From contig JBFLYO010000016.1 in the NCBI GenBank assembly GCA_040756745.1, positions 8,655-72,654 of the forward strand: a DNA stretch of 64,000 nucleotides, read 5' to 3'. Position numbers and translations under genes: made by a program. The stretch comes from Bacteroidota bacterium (GTDB lineage Bacteria > Bacteroidota > Ignavibacteria > UBA10030 > UBA6906). The notes under the pieces are model-generated. The model had not been told where the DNA came from, searched no databases, and saw only the letters and a program-made list of their open reading frames with translations. This document shows, in pieces, positions 18,603-26,278 of the stretch (the first letter of the stretch is position 1; each line of letters starts with the position of its first letter).

Positions 18603-19669
18603 CGGAGGGCATTCCGCGTGCTGAATTCACTAATCTGCGCTTCGCCGTCGAGCACGCCAATCTGCACGTGGAAATCAGTCTGCTCCGCCGGCTCAATGTA
18701 CCGGAGCGTCCCCGCGGCGCGCTCATCGGCCCGTCCCTTCACGCCACAGTTTGCCGGCTCCACGCCGACGACGTATGTTCCCTCACCCATCATCTTCCAT
18801 TCAACGAGGCGCGGGAGCTCCTTCATACGGAACCGGACGGCGAGGGCCAGTTTCAGTACCGGATTACGAAGGAGCACTGTCCCGTACCCGTCCCTACCCG
18901 GGTCAAGATCGTGGTAAAACACCTGCTCACGGTACCCGGCGACGGGGCCGGAAAACCTCCGCGCATCCGCCAGTCCGCGACGCGCATCATCGTCGCGCGG
19001 GACAGTCCTCCCTGCCGGCAGCAGGAGGTCCGTACCTTCGTCAACAAGCGGCCAACCGGCGTTGATGTGATACAACATCATGAGCGGCGTTCGGGCGGTG
19101 CCTTCGTTGATCACTTCATCCCGAAGATCGATCCACGATTCTCCGAGCCGCGTCGTGATCGTTCGGCGGAGGAGGAGGTTTTCACCGAACGTCGTCGCCT
19201 CCCGCATGGATCCGTTCAGCGCCATAACGCAGTCGTCCCCTTCCCAGGTCTCCGACGAACCGACCGCGAACGCGGGGAGATGGGAGAGTCGCCCGTGAAG
19301 TCCCAGTTCCGTCCCTTCGTCGACGCACGGTGCCCCGAGGTATGTCATGCCGCAGCCGGTCATCAGTCCGCCGGGGAATGTCCGCAGCCACGCGCCCCCG
19401 CGTGGGTCAAAATACGATGGATGCACGTCCCCTGCCGCTGACCGCCATGCGAGCGGCACACCGCAGTACTCCGCGGCGCTTATATCCATCCCTCTGTCGA
19501 CCGACACCTGGAATCTCAATCCCGAGCCTGTCCGCACGTCGGCGATGCGCACTCCTGCCTCAGCGCCGTCGGCGAGCGTCATCATGCGGATCCCGGCAAT
19601 CTGTGAGACGCCGCCAATGCGACTCATCAGGTCCCGCCGGCTCATCGTTCTGCCAAACATCGTCGTCAT
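18599..19669 (-). CDS. DUF4432-like / galactose-mutarotase-like protein
   Basis: ORF 18599..19840 trimmed to Met58 (MTTMFGRTMSRRDL), giving an ATGA overlap with the upstream stop. 356 aa, beta-rich. The family assignment is from memory of DUF4432 proteins in sugar loci and is low confidence. Confidence 0.35.
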   Translation of the reverse strand: MTTMFGRTMSRRDLMSRIGGVSQIAGIRMMTLADGAEAGVRIADVRTGSGLRFQVSVDRGMDISAAEYCGVPLAWRSAAGDVHPSYFDPRGGAWLRTFPGGLMTGCGMTYLGAPCVDEGTELGLHGRLSHLPAFAVGSSETWEGDDCVMALNGSMREATTFGENLLLRRTITTRLGESWIDLRDEVINEGTARTPLMMLYHINAGWPLVDEGTDLLLPAGRTVPRDDDARRGLADARRFSGPVAGYREQVFYHDLDPGRDGYGTVLLRNPVLKLALAVRFRMKELPRLVEWKMMGEGTYVVGVEPANCGVKGRADERAAGTLRYIEPAEQTDFHVQIGVLDGEAQISEFSTRNALR

Positions 19670-20493
19670 GGCACGTACTCCCGTTCCATCAGGAGTCGGA
19701 GCGTGCGCACATTGCGCTCGGATTGTTCCACGAGTGGAAGGCAGTGTGTTTCGATCGTGATATGGGGAACAATGCGATCCTTGAGCAGCGCGCGCACCTG
19801 CCCCGCCCAGTCGATGATCCCCTCGCCGATCGGGACGCACTTGATCAGCGCCCCTTCCTTCGTGTCTTTTGCGTGCACGTTGACGATCACGGGCTTGATC
19901 GCTTCGTACCCTTCGGGATAGGGCCGTTCATCCGTGCCGGTCGCGTTGCATGGATCCCAGTTCGCCCCCAGCGCGGGGGAACCCACTTCTTCGATCAACC
20001 GCCGGGTATTCACTCCTGTGTCCGCGTGGAACCCCGGCTCGTTCTCGACGGCAATCTTCATCCCTGCCCGCTGTGCCGTGGCGGCGGCTCTCCGCAGGAG
20101 GTCAACCGCCTCCGAGCGTCGCTCGGGCGGTTCCCCTTCCTCCCGGCGGAAGCCGAACACGATGATCAACTTCGCCCCGCACGACGTTGCCAGGTTGACC
20201 GTGCGCGAAAGTGTGTCGGTGACCTCGTGTTCCAGTTCATCCCGCTTCCCCAGCGGGTGTTTGAAGATGCCCGGTGAGAGCGCGGTGATCGAGACCCCCT
20301 CGGCAGCGGTGGTGCGTACCACGGCTTCCCACTCTTCCGTGTCAACGTCGGGGACTCTTCCCGATGTCAGGCACCGGATTTCGTACCGGCGGATCCCCCA
20401 GTCCAGCCCGTGGCGAAGGGCCGTGCGAAAATCCTGATCGATCTCATCGCTCACGATCCCCAGCGGAAGCGGTCGAGGTCCTCCGCTGCTCAT
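19666..20493 (-). CDS. sugar phosphate isomerase/epimerase (xylose-isomerase-like TIM barrel) family protein
   Basis: 275 aa. Conserved metal-ligand pattern of the AP-endonuclease-2/xylose-isomerase-like TIM barrel family (IAVENEPG, HAKD, ETH). Confidence 0.7.
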   Translation of the reverse strand: MSSGGPRPLPLGIVSDEIDQDFRTALRHGLDWGIRRYEIRCLTSGRVPDVDTEEWEAVVRTTAAEGVSITALSPGIFKHPLGKRDELEHEVTDTLSRTVNLATSCGAKLIIVFGFRREEGEPPERRSEAVDLLRRAAATAQRAGMKIAVENEPGFHADTGVNTRRLIEEVGSPALGANWDPCNATGTDERPYPEGYEAIKPVIVNVHAKDTKEGALIKCVPIGEGIIDWAGQVRALLKDRIVPHITIETHCLPLVEQSERNVRTLRLLMEREYVP

Positions 20494-21269
20494 GATGCCG
20501 CTTCCAGGTAGCCGATGGCATGGGAAATTACCGCGGCTTCCTTCTTCAGGATATCGATCAGCCGGCTGATGACCTCGGCCTTCCGTTTCCGTTCGGACTG
20601 GATTGCAGTCATCAATGCGGCGGCCACCTTCCCCCGGTGGTCGCGGATCGGAACGGAGACCGCACAGAGGTCGGGCTTGTATTCGGCGTCGGCGATCGCG
20701 TAGCCTTGGCGGTTCACCTCCTTCAACCGCTTTTTCAGCCGTAAAACACTCGTGATGGTCTTCGGGGTAAACTTCTTCAGGCCGCTCCGCTCGATGATGC
20801 GATCGAGCTGCTCGGGGGGCACATCGGCGATCAGCACCTGCCCGGATGCCGTCGCGTGAACGGGCGAGCGCTGCCCGAGGCGGGCGACCATCGACCAGAT
20901 CTCCGGCGTGTCGGCACGGTCGATGATAATGACCTCTGAGCTGTCCAGGATGGCAAGGTAATAGCTCTCGCGCGTTTCATGGGCCATGCGCACCAGGTGC
21001 GGATGAACCACGGTTTTCAGATCGATCTTCTCCAGCGCCGCATTCCCCCAGTCGAGCAGCTTCATTCCCAGTCGGAAGATCTTCCTGTCGTGGTCCTGGA
21101 TGACGATCGCATGCTGTTCCAGTGCGGCGAGGATGCGGAACAGGGAGCTCTTGGGGATGGCAGTCTGCCGGGAGATCTCGGCCAGCGAAAAGCCGGTGTG
21201 CGAGGCGGCGAGAATCTCGATCACCTGCACCGTTCGGTGAATGGCGGGGACGGAGTATTCTCTGTGCAT
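20490..21269 (-). CDS. IclR-family transcriptional regulator
   Basis: 259 aa. N-terminal wHTH (SLAEISRQTAIPKSSLFRILAALE) and a C-terminal IclR effector-binding domain. Its stop overlaps the next gene's ATG (ATGA), so it appears to head the 21-kb operon. Confidence 0.85.
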   Translation of the reverse strand: MHREYSVPAIHRTVQVIEILAASHTGFSLAEISRQTAIPKSSLFRILAALEQHAIVIQDHDRKIFRLGMKLLDWGNAALEKIDLKTVVHPHLVRMAHETRESYYLAILDSSEVIIIDRADTPEIWSMVARLGQRSPVHATASGQVLIADVPPEQLDRIIERSGLKKFTPKTITSVLRLKKRLKEVNRQGYAIADAEYKPDLCAVSVPIRDHRGKVAAALMTAIQSERKRKAEVISRLIDILKKEAAVISHAIGYLEAAS

Positions 21270-21282
21270 GTGGTTGTTGTGC

Positions 21283-21307
21283 GACTAATAAAACATTGTT
21301 TTATTAG
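21283..21307. promoter_or_regulatory. AT-rich perfect inverted repeat ACTAATAAAACA-t-TGTTTTATTAGT immediately upstream of the IclR gene start
   Basis: A 12-bp perfect palindrome arm seen directly in the 124-bp spacer between rhaI and the IclR gene. It is strongly AT-rich in a 65% GC context. Candidate operator or promoter element. Confidence 0.4.
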
Positions 21308-21393
21308 TGATGAATGAGTATACGAAAAAAGTGCTCCCCCCACAAGAGGCGTGCAGATGATTCTGTCCCCGTAACATATATGATTATAGCACG

Positions 21394-22674
21394 TTACGGC
21401 TGTGCCCGCTCTCTGGCCTTCTGCATGCGATACCCGCTGGCCCGAAAGGCCGCCACCGGGTCTGCCGCCCCCCCCGCGCGCATCCGCACTGTCGCGAGGA
21501 TCGGTGCGACGTCGGTGGTGAACGCCGCCTTCAGCGTCCGAAGCGCCATGATGGCATCATTCGATTCCTGGTACGCGTCCAGCGCCTTCCGGTCGACAAG
21601 CAGGGCCTGCACATAGGCACGCTGGATCTCTTCCGCGCTGCTGATCAATGATTCCACCGGATCCGTCACGTTATGGCTCTGGTCGATCATGTACGCCGGC
21701 GCCGGGTTCTTGCCCAGCCCCCGCCATGCGCCGTTCACAAGCTCGTGGAAGATGAGAAAGAGCTGGAACGGCTTCATGCTGCCGGCATCCAGGTCGTCAT
21801 CCCCATACTTGCTGTCGTTGAAATGAAACCCACCCAGCTTCTCGAGCTGGAGCAGGCGGGCAACGATCATTTCAATGTTGACGTTCGGCGCATGGTGGCC
21901 GAGGTCCACGAGGCAAAGACAGCGCGGACCCACCCTCGCCGCCACGTAGTACGCCGTCCCCCAGTCGTTCAACACCGTCGAGTAGAACGCCGGCTCGTAC
22001 AGTTTGTACTCCACATAGAGCAACCAGTCGCCCGGCATCTCTGCGTATATCGTTTCAATGCTCGCGATGTACCGCTCCAGACTTTTGCGGAAATCGACCT
22101 GACCCGGAAAATTCCCGCCGTCGCCGACCCAGATCGAGAGCGCCCGCGAGCCCAGGGCTTTGCCGATCTCAACGCATTCCAGGTTGTGCGCAATGGCCTG
22201 CTCTCTGACGTCGCGCGAGGTGTGCGACAGACTGCCGAACTTGTAGCTCCGTTTCTGCCCTTTCTGGTCTTCGAATGTATTCGAGTTCATCGCGTCGAAA
22301 CCCAGGCCGAGCGCAGCGGCATGTTCTGCGAGCGCCCGCGGATCATCGGGCTTGTCCCAGGGAATATGGAGGGCGACCCGGGGGCTGATGCGGGTGAGCG
22401 TGTGGATCGCTGCGCAGTCGGCGATCTTCTCGTACACATCGCGCGGTTCCCCCGGACCGGGGAACCTGCCGAACCGGGTCCCCCCGGTTCCGACGGCCCA
22501 TGACGGCAGGGCCACGGCAAGTTGCTGAGCGTCGGCGGTCACCCGATCGATGTCGATGCCGCGACGCTGGAGGCGCTCTCCAAGCTGCTGATAGTCCCGG
22601 TCCAGCTCAGCGCTCATTCCCTTGTTGTGCGAGGCAACGAACGCTTCGTCAATCCTGAATCCCGTCGTTTTCAT
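21394..22674 (-). CDS. rhaI: L-rhamnose isomerase (Pseudomonas stutzeri RhaI-type, xylose-isomerase-like fold)
   Basis: ORF 21394..22944 trimmed to Met91 (MKTTGFRIDE), giving an ATGA overlap with the upstream kinase stop. Blocks VALPSWAVGTGGTRF, LHIPWDK, GLGFDAMNSNTF, YKFGSLSHT, VDLGHHAPNVNIEMIVARL, GGFHFNDSKYGDDDLDAG and MIDQSHNVTDPVESL match the RhaI-type L-rhamnose isomerase family. Confidence 0.75.
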   Translation of the reverse strand: MKTTGFRIDEAFVASHNKGMSAELDRDYQQLGERLQRRGIDIDRVTADAQQLAVALPSWAVGTGGTRFGRFPGPGEPRDVYEKIADCAAIHTLTRISPRVALHIPWDKPDDPRALAEHAAALGLGFDAMNSNTFEDQKGQKRSYKFGSLSHTSRDVREQAIAHNLECVEIGKALGSRALSIWVGDGGNFPGQVDFRKSLERYIASIETIYAEMPGDWLLYVEYKLYEPAFYSTVLNDWGTAYYVAARVGPRCLCLVDLGHHAPNVNIEMIVARLLQLEKLGGFHFNDSKYGDDDLDAGSMKPFQLFLIFHELVNGAWRGLGKNPAPAYMIDQSHNVTDPVESLISSAEEIQRAYVQALLVDRKALDAYQESNDAIMALRTLKAAFTTDVAPILATVRMRAGGAADPVAAFRASGYRMQKARERAQP

Positions 22675-24155
22675 GGCTCGGTGTGCGCAAGCTGGTGAAG
22701 GATGTTCTGCATTGCCGGGAAGAGTTCCCGGTACCGAAGGAAGAGTCGATCGTATCGCCGGACGCGGGAGGGACGCGGACGGAAGGTGCGCGCCGTGCGC
22801 ACCGTGGCCCGCACCGCCTCTTCGGCGGAGCGGTAGATCCCTGTCCCGACTCCTGCCATAATCGCCGCCCCCAGGCAAGCGGCCTCCGTCACTTCCGGCA
22901 CGACCACGGGACGGTTCATGATGTCCGCCTTGATCTGCATCCAACGTGGTGATTTGGCGCCTCCTCCGATTGCGCGGAATCGGCGAATGCGTATCCCGCC
23001 CGCGGCGAGCAACTCGACGTTCAGCCGCATCTCCATGGTGACCCCTTCCAGGAGTGCTGCGGTAATCTCGCCGCGGGCCGTGGAAAGCTGAAGCCCTGCA
23101 ATCACGCCGCCGGACCGGGTATCAAAGTACGGCGTTCCGGTCATCGTGAAATGCGGCAGTACCAGAAGACGCGACGGAACATCGCCGGAGGCGCTGACCA
23201 GCCCGTCATAGCTTCCGCCGAATGTGTCGCGGTACCACCGCAACAGCGAACCGCCCGTGAAGTTGAATGCGAGCGAAACGTACTTCCCCGGAACGATGTG
23301 GGGATAGACACAGAGGTTGTTCCGCATGAGCCCGGCTGAGGTCAGAGGTCTGGTGAATGTCGGCACTATGCACTCCACCGTCCCCGTGGCGTACATCGCC
23401 TCGTCATGCCCCGTAACCCCTGCACCAAGCGCACCGCACGGCTGATCATGGCCCCCGGCGACCACGCGAACACCCCTTGACAGCCCCAGCGCCGCCGCCG
23501 CGCGCGAATCAAGCTCGCCGATCACTGTGCCTGAGGGAACCGGCCTTGCCAGCAGTGCCTGGTCGAGCCCGGCCGTGTGCAGTATTCGGTCCGACCACAT
23601 CAGGCGGGAAACGTCGAACCCCATGGTGCGTGCAGCGAGCGAGAAGTCGATGCAGGGTTCCACACCGGCACGGAGGGCAAAGAAGTCCTGAAAGCAGAGA
23701 TAGCGTGCAGTCCGGCGGGTCAGGCCGGGCTTGAACTTCCGGAGCCACTGGATTTTGGGGAGCGTCGCCATCGCGCTCAGCGGGATGCCGGTAATCGCGA
23801 AGATCCGCCTGCGGCCCATCCGCCGATCCCACCACGACACCAGCGGCTCGGCCCGTCCATCGAACGTCACGATGCTGTTGTGCAATACGCGGCCAGTCCG
23901 GTCCACCGGCATGAAGGCTTCTCCCTGCGCGGAAACTGCGAGCGCTGTTACAGGATCACGCCGCGTTGCCTCAGCGACTGAGCGAACCGCACGGACTGTT
24001 TTCTTCCAGACCTCCTCGGGATCCAATTCGATCCAGCCGGCCCGGGGAAATAGTAAAGGGTATTCCGTCGATGACGACGCGATCTGCTTCCCTTCGCGAT
24101 CAAAAGCGACCGCCTTGCATCCAGTGGTCCCGATGTCGATGCCGAGAAGACTCAC
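22671..24155 (-). CDS. FGGY-family carbohydrate kinase (probable rhamnulokinase)
   Basis: 494 aa. N-terminal LGIDIGTTGCKAV and the FGGY C-terminal domain (GGGAKSPRWMQIKADI). Lies between rhaI and the rhamnulose-1-P aldolase fusion. Confidence 0.7.
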   Translation of the reverse strand: MSLLGIDIGTTGCKAVAFDREGKQIASSSTEYPLLFPRAGWIELDPEEVWKKTVRAVRSVAEATRRDPVTALAVSAQGEAFMPVDRTGRVLHNSIVTFDGRAEPLVSWWDRRMGRRRIFAITGIPLSAMATLPKIQWLRKFKPGLTRRTARYLCFQDFFALRAGVEPCIDFSLAARTMGFDVSRLMWSDRILHTAGLDQALLARPVPSGTVIGELDSRAAAALGLSRGVRVVAGGHDQPCGALGAGVTGHDEAMYATGTVECIVPTFTRPLTSAGLMRNNLCVYPHIVPGKYVSLAFNFTGGSLLRWYRDTFGGSYDGLVSASGDVPSRLLVLPHFTMTGTPYFDTRSGGVIAGLQLSTARGEITAALLEGVTMEMRLNVELLAAGGIRIRRFRAIGGGAKSPRWMQIKADIMNRPVVVPEVTEAACLGAAIMAGVGTGIYRSAEEAVRATVRTARTFRPRPSRVRRYDRLFLRYRELFPAMQNILHQLAHTEP

Positions 24156-24167
24156 GCATGCACCTCC

Positions 24168-26228
24168 TCAACGCACGAACGCCGCAGAGACTCCGCCGTC
24201 CACGGTGAGCACCCCGCCCGTCGTCTTCAGTGATCGGTCGGAGGCAAAGAAGAGAGTGGCCTCAGCGATGTCTTCGGGGAGGATGCTCTCGCCGAGCAGC
24301 GTCCGTTTGCGATAGAACTCCTCCAGTTGATCGGGGGAGATCCCGTAAGCCGCCGCACGTTCTTTCCGCCATGACCCGCTCCAGATCGACGACCCCTGCA
24401 GGACAGCGTCGGGACAGACCGTGTTCACGCGTATCTTCCTGCTCCCCCCCTCTTCGGCGAGGCACCGGGCGAGATGCAGCTCCGCTGCTTTGGCGGCGCT
24501 GTACGCGGTCGCATTCTTCCCGCTGGCAAGTGCATTCTTGGAGGCGATGAAGATAATCGATCCGCCGATCCCCTGCCGCGCCATGACGCGGAACCCTTCG
24601 CGGGCGACCAGGAAGTACCCCTTGCCGAGGATGTCCATCTGCTTCTGCCACTGCTCGACGGTCGTCTCTTCGATCGGGTTGGCGGACGAAATGCCTGCGT
24701 TGGACACGACGATATCCAGGCCGCCGAATGTCGCGACAGCCGCGTCGACCGCTGCCTCCACGTCCGACTCCTTTGCCACATCCATCCCGCACGCAATGGC
24801 GCGTCCCGGGCCTTGCGCGGCCGTGATTTCGGCGGCAACGGCTTTCGCCCCCGCCTCATTGATGTCCCCGATCGCGACGTGACACCCCTCGGCTGCGAAC
24901 CGTTTGGCGATCGCACGTCCGATGCCGCTCGCTCCCCCGGTCACGAACGCCGCACGGCGCGCGAGCGATTTCTCGGGAGGCGCGAGCGAGAGTTTGTAAA
25001 TCTCGAGGGGCCAGTATTCCACACTGAAGGCCTCCGGCGGCGTCATCGAGACATACGTGCTCACGGTGGATGCGTTCCGGATCACGGAGATCGTCCGGTG
25101 GTAGATGTCGCGCGTGATGTCCGCCGTCCCCTTATCTTTGCCCGTCGTGACCATCCCCATGCCGGGGATCAGGATGACGCGCGGAGAGGGATCGTACATC
25201 CTGTCCCCTCTGGACCGGTGCTTCGAAAAGTATTTCTCATAGACGCGGACATATTGCTCCAGCGCATCTTCAAACCGCTCGCCGAAGGAGGCGGCGGCTG
25301 ACGGTTTGAACCCCGCAATGACGAGGGGATAGAGTTTTGTGCTCACGAGGTGATCGGGACACGCCGCACCCTTTCCTGCAAGCGCAGCGAGTTTCCTGCT
25401 GTTGACGAACTCCAGCACCTCTGGCGAATCGTCAAAGGTAAGTATCATGCGGGTGCGCTTGCTTACAGCGCCGCGGATGATCGGGAGAGAGCGCAGCGCG
25501 AACTCCTTCCGGACTCGTTCGGGCGCCGCATGCACCTTCGCGCCGCCAAAGACCTTCTTTCCCGCCAGACGGCGAGCGAAAAAGTCCTGCGCCTCGGCGA
25601 TGACGGTGATCGTGTTGTCATAAGACTCTTTTGCCGTCGCCCCCCACGTGATCAATCCATGCTTCCCGAGCAAGACTGCACGGAGCCGGTCATTGCCGTT
25701 GATCAACGCGCCACACTGTTTCGCCAGGGCGAACCCCGGCCGGAGCCATGGCAGCCACGCCGCCCTGTCGCCGCAAATTTCCTTCATGAGTCGGGGACCA
25801 TCCTTTGAAGTACAGAGGGCGATGATCGCATCCGGATGCATGTGATCGATATGCGTGTGGTCGATGAACGCGTGGATGAGCGCGTCGATCGAGGGACGCC
25901 GCGCGTTCAGGTCCACCAGGCAGTGCGCCAGATACTCCACCATCTCCTCGTCGCTCATGGAGGCACGGCTCCGGAGCTCCAGGACGGGGTCCAGGGCGAC
26001 GCCGGGGAAGCCGGCCCGGGTGCTTGTGCGCAGGTCACCCCCGCTCCCTTTCACCCGCATCACGCGGATCGGCTCCCCCCGGAAGTCCTTCTCCATGATC
26101 TTTGCCGAGGTGTTGCCTCCCGCCCAGTTGGTCACCGAGGGGTCTTCCCCCAGGATGTTGGAACGGTAGACCAGCAGGTCGAATTCGTTCAGGCCTTTCG
26201 CCTTCTTCTCATCCCAGTAATTCTTCAT
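24168..26228 (-). CDS. bifunctional rhamnulose-1-phosphate aldolase / short-chain dehydrogenase
   Basis: 686 aa. N-terminal class II aldolase domain (LLVYRSNILGEDPSVTNWAGGNTSAKI) fused to a C-terminal SDR domain (TGGASGIGRAIA ... YSAAKAA), as in the YuxG/RhaEW-type fusion. Confidence 0.8.
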   Translation of the reverse strand: MKNYWDEKKAKGLNEFDLLVYRSNILGEDPSVTNWAGGNTSAKIMEKDFRGEPIRVMRVKGSGGDLRTSTRAGFPGVALDPVLELRSRASMSDEEMVEYLAHCLVDLNARRPSIDALIHAFIDHTHIDHMHPDAIIALCTSKDGPRLMKEICGDRAAWLPWLRPGFALAKQCGALINGNDRLRAVLLGKHGLITWGATAKESYDNTITVIAEAQDFFARRLAGKKVFGGAKVHAAPERVRKEFALRSLPIIRGAVSKRTRMILTFDDSPEVLEFVNSRKLAALAGKGAACPDHLVSTKLYPLVIAGFKPSAAASFGERFEDALEQYVRVYEKYFSKHRSRGDRMYDPSPRVILIPGMGMVTTGKDKGTADITRDIYHRTISVIRNASTVSTYVSMTPPEAFSVEYWPLEIYKLSLAPPEKSLARRAAFVTGGASGIGRAIAKRFAAEGCHVAIGDINEAGAKAVAAEITAAQGPGRAIACGMDVAKESDVEAAVDAAVATFGGLDIVVSNAGISSANPIEETTVEQWQKQMDILGKGYFLVAREGFRVMARQGIGGSIIFIASKNALASGKNATAYSAAKAAELHLARCLAEEGGSRKIRVNTVCPDAVLQGSSIWSGSWRKERAAAYGISPDQLEEFYRKRTLLGESILPEDIAEATLFFASDRSLKTTGGVLTVDGGVSAAFVR

Positions 26229-26278
26229 TGTTGCGTCCTTGCGTTGTCACGCAAAAAAGATGCCGCAGAACAGCCGTG

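Noticed and set aside
26229-26278. Small hairpin TTGCGT-tgtc-ACGCAA just upstream of the aldolase/SDR gene, considered as a terminator
   Set aside because: The 6-bp stem is followed by an A-run on the plus strand and preceded by a T-run on the minus strand. That is the wrong arrangement for an intrinsic terminator on either strand. It is kept only as a possible minor regulatory hairpin.
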